DNA from: Piromyces finnis finn
Taxonomy: Eukaryota > Fungi > Neocallimastigomycota
Length of the DNA stretch: 64,000 nucleotides
NCBI GenBank assembly: GCA_002104945.1
Contig: MCFH01000015.1
Coordinates: forward strand, 248,001 to 312,000
Direction of reading: 5' to 3'
This document shows, in pieces, positions 30,276 to 42,305 of this stretch (position 1 is its first letter; every line of letters begins with the position of its first letter). Made by a program: the position numbers and the translations under genes. The notes under the pieces were generated by a model. The model did no database searches, was not told the DNA's origin, and saw only the letters and a program-made list of their open reading frames with translations.

Positions 30276-32055
30276 TTATTTTCTATGTTCTTCATTATGT
30301 TCTTCTACTGGAATAGCAGAAAATATTTTTGGTTCAACTGGCTTTGCCGTTATAACGGTGTTTGTTGAGTTAGTTGGATTAACTAAATTAACTTGGTTAA
30401 CCGGATTAATTGGATCAATTAAATTGGTTGAATTAACCGGAGTAGCTTGATTCATTGAAATAGTTGGCTTAGCTAGATTAGTTGAATCAAATAAAGCTTT
30501 TGGTGTAATTGAAATGGATGGACTAGTTGAATTACCTGGCATAGTTGGTGCAACTGAAATGGATGAACTTGCTGGTGTAGTAGTTGAAGTAATTGGAGTG
30601 GTTGATGCAATTGAAATGGATGAACTAGCTGGTGTAGTAGTTGAAGTAATTGGAGTGGTTGATGCAATTGAAATGGATGAACTAGCTGGTGTAGTAGTTG
30701 AAGTAATTGGAGTGGTTGATGCAATTGAAATGGATGAACTAGCTGGTGTAGTAGTTGAAGTAATTGGAGTGGTTGATGCAATAGAGTTAGCTGGAATAGC
30801 TTGAGTAGCTGGATTGATTGAATTCATTGCATTAGTTGTAATTACTGGGCTATATGAATAAGCTAAATTTGTTGGGCTTATGACATAATAGAAAGGTACT
30901 CCTGTATTTCCTGGGTATACTGGATACATAGGCTGACTTCCTGGATTTAATATATATAGTGGTTGTGCAGAATTACCAAGATTTGAAGGATCAATTGTTG
31001 CTGCTGTTGTTGTTTGATTAACCGTATTTAGCGGTGTCTCTGGATTTATTACTATATTTGGATTATTATTATTACTATCATCATTATTATCATTATTATT
31101 ATCATTGTTGTTGTTGTTGTTCCTGTTGTTATTTCTAATTTTTTTTTTTATTCTTTTTATTATTATTATCTGATATTTCTGTATACACTGTATCCTTAAA
31201 CTTTTTTATATAAGAACGAATTATGAAATAACATAAAGCCTAATTATTTATTTCAATAATTATAATAACAAAACAAAACAAAAAAAAAAAAAAAAACAAA
31301 AAAAAAACAGGTATAAATAATAAAATCTTTAGACATATTTAATATTAAATAGTAATACTTACATATAATAATAAACGAACACTACAAACAATAAAATAAT
31401 ATTTAATCAGGGATTCGTTTTCTTTAAGGTCTGTTACATATTTTAATGTGAGTTCATCCAAGTTATCAGTTGGGGTAATAGTAGTAATAAAATTAGCAAA
31501 AAAACAAGAAAATATACAAAATACTTCAATACATAGAGCAAATATTCCCACAACTTTAAATTGTTTCATACATGAATATTTTTTCTTTTTTTTATTTTAT
31601 TTTTTTTTTCCAATAATAATAGTAATGGAGGATAAATAGTAGTAATGTTTATATGTTTATATATAATATATGTTATTGTAAATATATATTTTTAAATATA
31701 TTTAATTCATAATATATATAATGAAAAGAGGTTTATATACGTACATTTTTCAATCCATGTATTAATACTGATACTGAAATTATATAACAAACATTATAAA
31801 ATACTGAACCAAATGATATTGATTTAATTATAATTTCAGCTATTATTCCCGATATAACTGTAACCTTTTTAATATATTAAAAGGTATATATATATAAATG
31901 AAATTAAAATTATTAATTAATATTAAAACTTCTTTTTTTTTTTTTTCAAAGTATTATTTTATATTTATTAGCTAATTATAATTCAACCATACCAAAAATA
32001 TATATGAAAAATATATGGATCTTTTGCATTGAGCGATCAGACTGGATTCTTTCAT
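30276..32055 (-). pseudogene. Multi-pass membrane protein family, paralog 3, with a long N/P/S/T-rich tail; 4 exons, apparent frameshifts
   Basis: Exon 1 MKESSLIAQCKRSIYFSYIFL|gtatgg. Exon 2 VTVISGII...VLIHGLKN|gtacgt. Exon 3 KN, then a 1-nt gap, then SCMKQFKVV...VRLLLY|gtaagt. Exon 4 ALCYFIIRSYIKKFK; a TAG at 31137-31135 follows an A11 run, and a one-base shift continues through IRNNN... into ORF 30276-30929. Confidence 0.6.
30549..30780 (-). repeat. 57-bp coding tandem repeat, about 4 copies (ASTTPITSTTTPASSSISI)
   Basis: Near-identical 57-nt units visible in the DNA and in the 217-aa ORF; they also explain overlapping ORFs 30473-30781 and 30514-30804. Confidence 0.95.
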
Positions 32056-33329
32056 ATTTTTATATTTTTATATATTAATTGAGAGTTAAATTTGATTGCT
32101 TTTTTTTTTTTTTTTTTTTTAAAAAAAATATATTGCTTTTGTTTATTATTATTATTTTTTATTTATTCATTTATTGTTTTGTTTTAATTATTTTTGTTTT
32201 ATCTTTTCTATTTCTTTTCTATTTTGATTCCTTTTTAATATTCCTTTTTCTTTCTTTAAAAACTTTTTGAAAATAAAAAAAATAATATTGAAATGTGGTA
32301 CAAAAAGATTTTTATTATTATTAATATATATAAATATATTTTTTTTTTGGTGATTGGATTTTTTCTAATTAATAAAGTTTCACAACTTTTATAATGAAAT
32401 TGATTCTTGAAAAAAAAGAAAAGTTTTTTTTTTTTTTTTTTTTACCTAATTTTAAGGTTTATTTATTTTTGTGTGTGCTTATCTATAATAAAATAGTTAT
32501 TCTTACTCTATATATTCTTTTCAATAATAAAACTATTTAACAAACCAAACAATTAATTTTTATAAATAATAAATGTTGTTAAGAGACGATATTTATTATC
32601 TTTCCTAATATTACTTTTTATTCATTATTAAATATAACTTTATTTTTTTTTTTTTTAAAGGTTTCATTACTATTATTAAATAAAAAGAATAAAATAAAAT
32701 AAAAATATAAAAATATATATTTTATTACTTTATTCTTATTGACTTTAAGTAAAGAATTGCTTTATTAAAATTGAAAATGAACCATGAAATTATCCTTTGA
32801 ATCAAAACTATGTTAATACTTTTATTATGTTTTACTATTTTATTAATAATCATTAAAGGGATAAATTAGCTTACAAAATTAATATATAAAATAAATAAGT
32901 ATATATTATTTCATATTATCTTTATGTTTGTTAGCAAAGTGCTTTTTATTGTGTAGTAAATTACAAATAAATTAAAGGGTATATATATATAATTGGTTTG
33001 GATTTTTTAAGAAAACATAATAATGAAATAATAGCTACTTTAATCTTGAATTTTTTTTTTTTTTTTCACCACTTTTAACTCTAAATTGTTGCATTCAATT
33101 TATAAAATAAAATAAAAAAAAAACAATTTATGAAATACCATTATGTATACATGGAGTATAAATGATAATATTAAGTTTTACTATTTTTATTAAATATTAT
33201 AAAAAAAAAAAAAAAAGCATTTTTATCTTTTTATCTTTTTATACAAAGGTATATAATTCTTTTATTGAATAGATACTACTAATAAAAAAAAAGTGCAGAA
33301 ATAATAAAAAAAAAATTTGTTCTTTTTTA

Positions 33330-33827
33330 TTAATATAATTTTTCAGATTTAGATTCTTCACAATAAATAATATTTGGCAATTGTTCCACTTGTTTAACAA
33401 TAGTATCTGAAAGATAGGCCTTTATAGTATAATAGTTCAACACTGGACAAACATATTTAACTAATTTTGAATTAATTGAAATATAATTAATTCTTGAATT
33501 AGGATTTGGTTTAAAATTTGATTTCGGTCTATTGTTATTAATAAATAAAAATTTAGAGTCTTTAGGAAGAGGTAAAGTTTCATAGAGTTCCTTTATGATA
33601 GCATCCTTTTCCCCATAGCTAACGACATTCTTACTAATAATGTCATATATCGTATTCATTCTATCATTCACTAATTCAACAATGGATTGTTGTACATCAT
33701 AAGTTTCTTGATCAAAATCTTTGTCTTGTTCACTTCTTTTTATACCAATGATATAAAAACTATTTCGTGCATGGACCATGTTAATTATAAAACAAAGAAT
33801 ACTTGTTATTAATAATAAAAACTGCAT
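33330..33827 (-). CDS. Secreted stand-alone subtilisin propeptide (I9-like), candidate protease inhibitor
   Basis: Signal peptide, then blocks homologous to the adjacent S8 prodomain: NSFYIIGIKR/NSYYIISIRR, VNDRMNTIYDIIS/VNERMNDIYDAIS, CPVLNYYTIKAYLS/CPVLNYYTVKAYLS, LPNIIYCE/MPNVISCE. Stops after KLY with no catalytic domain. Confidence 0.8.
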   Translation of the reverse strand: MQFLLLITSILCFIINMVHARNSFYIIGIKRSEQDKDFDQETYDVQQSIVELVNDRMNTIYDIISKNVVSYGEKDAIIKELYETLPLPKDSKFLFINNNRPKSNFKPNPNSRINYISINSKLVKYVCPVLNYYTIKAYLSDTIVKQVEQLPNIIYCEESKSEKLY

Positions 33828-34135
33828 ATATATATGTATAAATTATTTTTGTTTTTAATTTTAAATATTGAAATGTTGATATATATAATAATTATAAATA
33901 ATAGATAAATATATTTATTATATAAATTACTTTTTTTATTTATTTATTTTTTCTTAATTTTTTGGTGAAAAATGTCTTTTTTACACATTATTAATGTTGT
34001 TAATTGTAATTTTTTTTAATTAAAGAAGATTTAAAGTTGATAAATTTAAACTTTAATAATTTTATTATTTTATTAAAAATATAATTAATTTAGAAGAAAA
34101 AGTTAAAAGATATTTCCTTTATAAAAGTAGTAATT

Positions 34136-34169
<34 letters not shown>

Positions 34170-34457
34170 TAAAAACATAAAATCATATATATTATAAATA
34201 TGGGTTGAAAAGGATACTACCGTAATATAAAAAGTTTATATGATAGAAATAAAAAGTTTTGAATTAAAATTAATTGTAATAAAAATAAAATATAATAATA
34301 TTTATATGAAGGTATCAATAAAATAATAGATTATTTAAAAATAATATTCAATAATAATAAAAAAAATAATAGATTTTTAAATGATATATATTGGCATTAA
34401 ATTAAATTAAATTAGTCTTTTTTTTTTTTTTTTTTGGTTTAAAGTTTATAAACTATT

Positions 34458-36377
34458 TTATAAGTTATTGATGAAAGCATGATTGATATTAATAGATTTT
34501 ATTATGGTATCCAAGGATATACCATAAGCATCGACAGGGTCAATCATCATGACGTCACAAGAACCAAAATTACTTTGACATCCATTATTTATTTGGCATA
34601 ATCCATTTTTATCGTTCATTGGATTAACACAAACATTATCTTTGGAACAACAACCATTGGAACATTGAGTATTACCGGCGAGCGTACCACAACCTGAATA
34701 TTTATTATCTGAAGAATAAACAATATGTTTACCATTATTAACAAATCGATTAGGAGTAGTTTTTGAACCCATTTTCTTAACAATATTTTTAATAGACATA
34801 TTGATTAAGGTTTCTCTCATGGTTTTATAGGTGTATTTAGTATTTGGATGTTCACTCATGATTAAAGCAGCTAAACCAGCAACAATAGGAGAAGCAAAGG
34901 ATGTTCCTTCCACATAATCGAATTCTGAACAGGTTGTCGAAGAAGTACGGGAACAACCAGTGAAATCAGCTGTGGTAACAAAACCTGGAGCATGAAAATC
35001 AATACATTCTCCGTAATTTGAATAATAGGCTTCAGTGTAAATTCCACTTAATGAGCTTTCATCATTAAAGGTAGAAGCTACCCCAATAACATTATCATAG
35101 CCAACAAATTTATTTCTATAGGTTTTATCACAGGCATCTTGACCATCATTACCAGCAGAAGCAAAAATAAGGAAACCGGCATTTACAACTTCATTAATTT
35201 TATTTTGAATGTTTTTCTGGAAAGTGTCAATACCATTACGAGAGACATTAATGATACTTTTGTAGGGTTTTCCGTGGGTTTTAATGTAATCAAGAGCAAC
35301 AAGGAAATCATAGTCATAAAAATCAGTAGCAATCATATGAATATTTGCTCTTTTAGCAACACCATATTTATAACCAGCAGCAACAGAAGCAGAGGATGTA
35401 CCATGGAATTGATCACTTGATGTAATATCACAATTCCTTTTTTTCTCTTCGGTCATGATACCTAATTCTCCGTATTCAACAGTCATATCACAAGATACTG
35501 TACGTTCAAAAGTTTTTCCTTTGTAGGTTTTAAAATCAATATGATTTACAGAAATACCTTCATCGATAAAATACATATCAATAAATTGACCACCAGAGGT
35601 TGGATAGTAGTAGTTGTCATCATAACTTTTTACAAGGGTACTATTATAATTATATTGAGATAATACAGATAAATGTCTTGAAGCATTAGCCTGTACACCA
35701 ACAGAGGACCAACCAGTTTCTTTCTTTATATCATTAATATTATAATAGGTAGAAGAAGTGGTGTCTCTTTTGAACTTATTTGTCGTTGCTTTTGTTGCTT
35801 TTGCCGTATGAATATTATATTTTTTGTATTTTGGTTTTTCAAGTTTACCAGCTATTTCACAGCTAATAACATTTGGCATAAGTCTAACCTTTTCAGCAAC
35901 TTTTTTTGAAAGATAGGCTTTTACAGTATAATAATTTAATACAGGACAGAGATGACTTACCAGTTGAGATTCAAATGGAATATATTCAACATTTGAATTA
36001 CTTAAACCTTGACTTGTAGTTTTACTTTTTCTATTTTTGTTTTGAAATAAAAATTTTGTTTTTACATTACTATTTTTGCCACGTTTTCTCAAGGAAGAAG
36101 TTTCAATTTCATTTAATTTTTCGTCTATTTTTCCATCTTCTAATTTAAAAGTGTCTTTATTATCACTAATAGCATCATAGATATCATTCATTCTTTCATT
36201 AACCATAGTGTCAATGGAAATTTGGGTAGATGTTGTAGCATCATCATAATTAACATCAGTACTTTCACGTCTAATAGAAATAATATAATAACTATTTTTT
36301 GCAAATGATTTGTTTATAAAACATGATATTATAAATGTTATTAATAAAAGTTTATATAATGTCATTTTCTTTTTCAT
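34458..36377 (-). CDS. Secreted subtilisin-like S8 serine protease with propeptide and C-terminal CBM18 (hevein-type chitin-binding) module; intronless
   Basis: Catalytic motifs DMYFIDEG (Asp), FHGTSSASVAAG (His), ASAGNDG (oxyanion Asn) and EGTSFASPIVAG (Ser). Cys-rich tail CGTLAGNTQCSNGCCSKDNVC...CQINNGCQSNFGSC. Confidence 0.93.
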   Translation of the reverse strand: MKKKMTLYKLLLITFIISCFINKSFAKNSYYIISIRRESTDVNYDDATTSTQISIDTMVNERMNDIYDAISDNKDTFKLEDGKIDEKLNEIETSSLRKRGKNSNVKTKFLFQNKNRKSKTTSQGLSNSNVEYIPFESQLVSHLCPVLNYYTVKAYLSKKVAEKVRLMPNVISCEIAGKLEKPKYKKYNIHTAKATKATTNKFKRDTTSSTYYNINDIKKETGWSSVGVQANASRHLSVLSQYNYNSTLVKSYDDNYYYPTSGGQFIDMYFIDEGISVNHIDFKTYKGKTFERTVSCDMTVEYGELGIMTEEKKRNCDITSSDQFHGTSSASVAAGYKYGVAKRANIHMIATDFYDYDFLVALDYIKTHGKPYKSIINVSRNGIDTFQKNIQNKINEVVNAGFLIFASAGNDGQDACDKTYRNKFVGYDNVIGVASTFNDESSLSGIYTEAYYSNYGECIDFHAPGFVTTADFTGCSRTSSTTCSEFDYVEGTSFASPIVAGLAALIMSEHPNTKYTYKTMRETLINMSIKNIVKKMGSKTTPNRFVNNGKHIVYSSDNKYSGCGTLAGNTQCSNGCCSKDNVCVNPMNDKNGLCQINNGCQSNFGSCDVMMIDPVDAYGISLDTIIKSININHAFINNL

Positions 36378-37235
36378 TTTTTTCTTTCTTTCTTCTTATT
36401 ACTTTATAATAAATTAATAGTTTCTAAGAAAGTAAATTCATTCTATTTTTTAAATAAATAAATAAAAAAAAAAAAAATAAAAAATAAAATAAAAATCAAT
36501 TTTATATTAAATGGGTATAATACATTTTAACAAAAAAAATTAAATGGATTTATATTGATTCATATATTATTACATATAATGAATTGCTTAGATAAAAAAA
36601 AAAAAAAAAAAAGATAATTAAAAAGATCAATTTAATTATTATTATATTAAATATAATAATTTAATAAGAATATAATGTATTTATATATATAAAAACTCTA
36701 TTAATGCTATTTCAATGATAAAAAAAGTATCTTTGAAAAAAAGGAAAAAGTTCTTATTATTATAATATAAATAATACTATTTTAATCTCTTTTATATATA
36801 TAAATAGTTTTTTTTTTTAAAAAAAAAAAGAAATATTCAATACACTTTTTATCATTATTATCATACTATGCTTTAAAGGAAGTGGTAAAAGACTTTACCC
36901 TATTAAATTTACCTTGGTATTGATAGATTAAAAAATTTTCTTTGCACCAACCAAAATTATTAAAAAATTTTTTTTTTGTTACACAATTTGCATATTATTA
37001 TTAATATTGAATAACGTCGTAAACCACAACCACAACCACAACCACAACCACAACCACAACCACAGCAACAGCAACAGCAACAACAACTACTGGAACAACA
37101 ACAACAACAATAACTACTACTACTACTACTACTGGAACAACAACAACTAGAACAATAACAACACCAAAAAAAAAACTTTATGTTTTAACAGGCATTTATA
37201 ACTCAAAGTATAATGAAACTAGTATACAATAAGTT

Positions 37236-39051
37236 TTTTTTTCTTTTGTCGATTAATAATAAAATAATACATTTTTTATGGTAAAAAAAAAAAAAACTAA
37301 TATTTTAAATGGATTTTGATAGTATAATAATATATGTATATTAGGTATATAATGTATATAATATGTATAAACTATTTTAGTATTATTTCAAAATAGTTGA
37401 AATATTCTTAATTTTATAGTTTTATATATATATATATATTATTATCTTTCTCTATATAATAATTCTTTTTATTATCAACCCTAGTTTTCTAAATTATCTT
37501 TGACTATTTTTTTTATTAAAATCGTTAAAAAAGTTCATATATTTAAAGATAAAAAAAATTCATATAATGCATATATATCATGCAAAATCGACAAATAGAA
37601 ATTTTAATTATTTTATTAATATTTGGATTGAAATCTTTAAAAATAAATATATATAAAATATATAATATTATATAATATTATATAATATATAGGTTAAGAT
37701 AGATACAAATATTATTTTCTAATATTTTTACTTTAAAATCATATATAAATCTGTAATAGATAATGAAAGAAAGAAAGAAAGAAAAAAAAACTTGGGTTTA
37801 TAATAAAAATTTACATTTATTACTATTATTTAAAATATTGATATTGACTGTAATGAACGTCTATTTATATATAATAAATATATTAAAAAAAAAATAAAAG
37901 ATTGTTACTATTATTTCTAATTATTATTGTTATTACTGTTATTATTTGTCATTACTTTTGTGTATGGGTGTATATTTTGAGGTAAAATGAAAATTTCAAC
38001 TTACTTTTTTTTTTTTTTATTATTTTTATCCTTATTTATTTGAATAATATTCTGATTTGAATTTTATGGTAGTTCTTAATTTATATAATATGGTTTCAAT
38101 TTCGGGTTTTTTATCGGTGATTAAAACATCTAAAATGGTATACATATGTAAAATACGGTGTAATCGATGAATATAATCATTATATTGAACATTTGTATCA
38201 TTTTGAGTAGAAAATGGATTAATAATTTCATTTAATCTAGCTGTAATAGGAATAATAGTTATATCTCTATACATTCTTAGTGTTAATTCGATAATATCTA
38301 TATTTTCTGAATATGGATATTGTTTCAAAGGAACAAACATTGCTCGAAGATAAGGAATAATTCTACTGTATAATAAAATCCATTGATCGACAACACAGGC
38401 CATAACATCATCACTTTTTTCCATGGAATTAATTCGATTACTAATGGTATTCATTCCTGTAATTAAACTATCCGAAACATTACGAACAAAAACCTCTTCT
38501 ACAAAATTTGGATCTTGAATCAAATGTTTGACTTCATCATTAATTTCTTCAATCGAGTATTTTAACTGTTTATCTTCGAATAAAATACGAATGGCAGCTT
38601 GAACAGATTTCCAAACTCTGGCATAACTCATTTCATTGTTAATAATTTCACTGGTCTTAAAAAAATTTGATGAAGGAGAGGATGAAAATTTTTGAGAAAT
38701 TCGACGAGTAACATTATTTAAATTTATGGATGATAAACTAGTTGGAATTCCAGGAGTAATGGACATAGAAGAACTAATTGGTAAATTAACTGAAGATATT
38801 TTTTCTTTTGTCTATTCATCATATAATAATACATTTTTTTTTATGGTATGGTAAAAAAAAAAAAAAAAATTAATATTTTAAATGAGTTTTAATAGTATCA
38901 TATTAGGTATATCAGGTATATAATGAATATGTATAAACTATTTTAGTATTATTTCAAAATAGTTGAAATATTCTTAATTTTATAATTTTTTTTCATATAT
39001 ATTTCATATATATTATTATCTTTCTCTATATAATAATTCTTTTTATTATTA
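37236..39051. repeat. Diverged direct repeats of about 240 bp (37236-37475 and 38799-39051) bracketing an HbrB gene
   Basis: Shared blocks TTTTCTTTTGTC, ATAATACATTTTTT.ATGGT, AATATGTATAAACTATTTTAGTATTATTTCAAAATAGTTGAAATATTCTTAATTTTATA and ATTATCTTTCTCTATATA occur in the same order in both copies. Confidence 0.8.
38032..38766 (-). CDS. HbrB-like domain protein (Bit61/PRR5 TORC2-subunit family), divergent paralog
   Basis: RVWKSVQAAIRILFE...SIEEINDEVK...LITGM...VVDQWILLYSRIIPYLRAMFVPL...LRMYRDITIIP aligns with the neighbouring 305-aa ORF and the recalled HbrB pattern. Confidence 0.7.
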   Translation of the reverse strand: MSITPGIPTSLSSINLNNVTRRISQKFSSSPSSNFFKTSEIINNEMSYARVWKSVQAAIRILFEDKQLKYSIEEINDEVKHLIQDPNFVEEVFVRNVSDSLITGMNTISNRINSMEKSDDVMACVVDQWILLYSRIIPYLRAMFVPLKQYPYSENIDIIELTLRMYRDITIIPITARLNEIINPFSTQNDTNVQYNDYIHRLHRILHMYTILDVLITDKKPEIETILYKLRTTIKFKSEYYSNK

Positions 39052-40155
39052 CTCAACTGTCTATAATTAAATTTCAATATATAAATTAAGGTTGATATGT
39101 TACATATTTCTTTTTTGTTGATAGCTTCAATGAGGACATTTTTGAACTTCTCTTTAAAAGTTTTTTTTTTTTTTTTTTTAAAGATGGAACTGGTAATACT
39201 AAATCTTTATTAATAATTATTTCTTTAATTGAAAAAATAAAAATAATTCACTTTTTTTTTTTAAAGACAAAAAAATAATAGGAAAAAAATTAAAAAATAA
39301 AATAAAATAAAAAATAACCTATTGGGGAAAACTTTTTTTTTTTCTAAAAAAATTATTTTTCATTTTCTTTATACGATCTATAAATATTTCTAAAAACTTA
39401 AAGGTCTATACAATCTTATTTCTATTAAATTATATTTAATAAAATATTTTTTTAAAGACAAAGTATATACATATATAAAAAACATGGAAACAATAATTAA
39501 TAGTTCTTTAATACCTATTGATGTATACTAATTCACCGACCAATGATGAATTTATACAATAATGAACCATAGTCTTAAATAATTATAACAATAGTTTAAA
39601 ATTTTCATACTTTGTTTATTTTCAAAGTTATAAGAAAGTAAAAAAAAAAAAAAAATAAAATACACTTTTTAATTATATTTTGAAAAAACGATTAATTTTT
39701 ATTTCTTTTTATCTTTTGTTGTTTTATTTCCCTTTTTATATTTATATTATTTTTGTAAAGGTTAAAACCTTTGGTAAAAAAAAAAAAAATTGTATTTTGA
39801 CTTTTTTTTTATAGTTTATTTCTTTAGTTCATTGTGTAAAAGAAATAAAAAAAAATACATATATGGGTGGTATAAAGAATGAAGTAAAAAAAAAAAATTG
39901 TTTTTTTACTCATTCTTAATTATTTTTTAATAGAAATTTAGTAATTATTATGATGATACAATATATAAATATATAGATAATTTTTTATTAAAAAAAAAAA
40001 AGAGTGTTTATAGTATACTTTTAAACTATAATACTTATTTATTCCTTTGTTATTTTTTTTTTTTTGGTGGGAATAAAAAAAATTATGAATAACTATTTAT
40101 ATATTCTTTTTTATTTTATTGTTATGACTACATTATATCATAATATAGGGTATTT

Positions 40156-41073
40156 TTAATATTGTAATTCAGTTAATGGATATTTTTTGGTCTTTTTTAG
40201 TGAAATATAAGACATACGGTTATTACCATTGGTATTAGCTCTTAATATCTTTAATACATTATAGATAGATTGTTGTTTTTCATCCAAAATACCGTATAAA
40301 ATAGATAACATTTGTATGAATCGTCCTGAAATCGTATTAAATTGCGGGTCTATTGGAATTTTTCCTGTAAATTGCATATTTAATACTTCTTCAATACGAT
40401 CAATATTTGGTAATATAACAAAATCTCTGAAACAAGTAAATGCCATTCTTGGTATATCAAGAATACTGTATCTTGGGTCGAAAGAAAGAGGTAAAAAAAT
40501 ACCTTTAATGTAAGGCATAATAGAATCAAAGAAAAATGTCCATATTTCCACTAGACGTGAAATTAAAGAATTATCCGTCACTTCTATAAGCTTTGTATTA
40601 ATAGTGTAAATACCATTTTTTAATAATTCATTAATGTTGTAAGCAAGTGTTTTAGGAGTTTTTACTTCCATGCAACGTTTAACCAAATCATTTAAATCTT
40701 CGATAAAGTCTTGTAAACCTTGACCGTTAAATAACGGTAATACTTTAATACATATAATATGCCAGTTATCTTTAATGTTTGTTTCTGAATAGTTAATATC
40801 TTTGTTTAAACTTGCTGAATCAAGTTCACTAATACTTTTTAATATATTTGCTGAAGAGGCTACAGTACCGTGATCCATTATATTATTAAATGACGATAAA
40901 TTTGGTATACTTCTTTTCGATATTTTTCTTACTGGTCCAAATAAAGGAGAAGAAGAAAATGTTGTACTATTTTTAGAACTTAACGAATTCATTGAGTTTG
41001 CTGTTTGAAGTTGACCGGAAGGTCTTCTCAATAACTGAGTTGACGGTTTTAGATTTAATATTTTTTTTTCCAT
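40156..41073 (-). CDS. HbrB-like domain protein (Bit61/PRR5 TORC2-subunit family)
   Basis: DNWHIICIKVLPLFNGQGLQDFIEDLNDLV...LLKNGI...LISRLVEIWTFFFDSIMPYIKGIFLPL...AFTCFRDFVILP...GRFIQMLSIL, after a Ser-rich N-terminus. Confidence 0.82.
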   Translation of the reverse strand: MEKKILNLKPSTQLLRRPSGQLQTANSMNSLSSKNSTTFSSSPLFGPVRKISKRSIPNLSSFNNIMDHGTVASSANILKSISELDSASLNKDINYSETNIKDNWHIICIKVLPLFNGQGLQDFIEDLNDLVKRCMEVKTPKTLAYNINELLKNGIYTINTKLIEVTDNSLISRLVEIWTFFFDSIMPYIKGIFLPLSFDPRYSILDIPRMAFTCFRDFVILPNIDRIEEVLNMQFTGKIPIDPQFNTISGRFIQMLSILYGILDEKQQSIYNVLKILRANTNGNNRMSYISLKKTKKYPLTELQY

Positions 41074-42305
41074 TTTATAATAATAATATTATTGTTAGTG
41101 GTAGTATAGTTGTTGTTGTTGTTGTTGGTATGGTTTAATCTAAGCTTTGATAATAAATCTTTATTTTGGAATTTTGTTTTTTTTTTTTATTCTACAAATA
41201 TACTCTCTTCTGAATATACATTAAAAACAGTTTTCGTTGCTAATTATCTTTCTTTTTTTTTTTTTTTTTTGTTTTTAATTTATATTTTTTAATATTTTCT
41301 TTTTTTTTTTTTTAAAAAAAAAAATAAATAAATAATAATATAAATGAAAAGATTTTTATTATTTTTTTTTAAAAAAAAAAATTTATTCAACCTATAATTA
41401 CAATAACCATCTATTATAATAAATAAATAAATAAATAAAAGAATCTAAAATACAATAATTACTTTCTTGTCTTTCTTTCTTTTATATAACTACCGCCGTT
41501 TTTTATTATTTATTTATTATTTTTTATTAAAAAAAAAAAAAGTTTTTTATTTATTTATTTGATTTATTCATTTATATTATTAAAAATTTTATATTAAAAA
41601 TAAAATTCAAATTTTATTTATTTTTGGATTATTTCTATTTAATTAAAAAAAAAAGGTAACATACACCCAAAGTAAAGTAAAAAAGAATAGAGAAAATATG
41701 GGTTTAATTTTTTCTTTCATTTACATTTACATGTATAGACAATGAATAATAACACACAAAGAATTGTTTATATATATATTAATATATTTTATTTATTTAA
41801 TTGCTTGTTTAATAGTAATATAATATGAAGAAAAAAAAAAAAAAGGAATTAAAAATAAAGAAATTTTTTTTTTTTAAAAAAAAAGAGCATGAAAAGAATC
41901 ATATCGTTATAATATTATCTTTTTTTTTTTTTCTTCCATCATCATTACTATTACTCTTTTTTTTTTTTTTTTTTTTTTTTTTTATCTTTTCATTAATACA
42001 ATTGAATATAATTTAAATGTCTTTTTTTTTTATCCTTTATTTTTTAGATCCTTTCAACTTTTTTTTTTTTTTTTTTTTTATAATAAAAACCATATTTGAT
42101 TAAAAATAATATAAAAAATGGGAAATAGATATTAAAATAGATCAATAATATATTTATAAGCATATTATTGAACTGAAAATGATATTATAATACTTTTTTT
42201 TTTTTTTGTTTGTTTTCCATTGGTAATACACATATTATATACATATATATGCGTACATATATATATATTTTCCTTACTAAATATGTCTTGTTAAAAAAAA
42301 AATGC

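Noticed and set aside
30473-30804. Repeat ORFs HQPLQLLQLL... and DELAGVVVEVIGVV...
   Set aside because: Alternative-frame and antisense readings of the 57-bp coding repeat.
37020-37165. (CCACAA)n/(GCAACA)n/(ACT)n tract, considered as telomeric or coding
   Set aside because: Mixed simple repeats with an in-frame stop; not a uniform telomere repeat and not at a sequence end.
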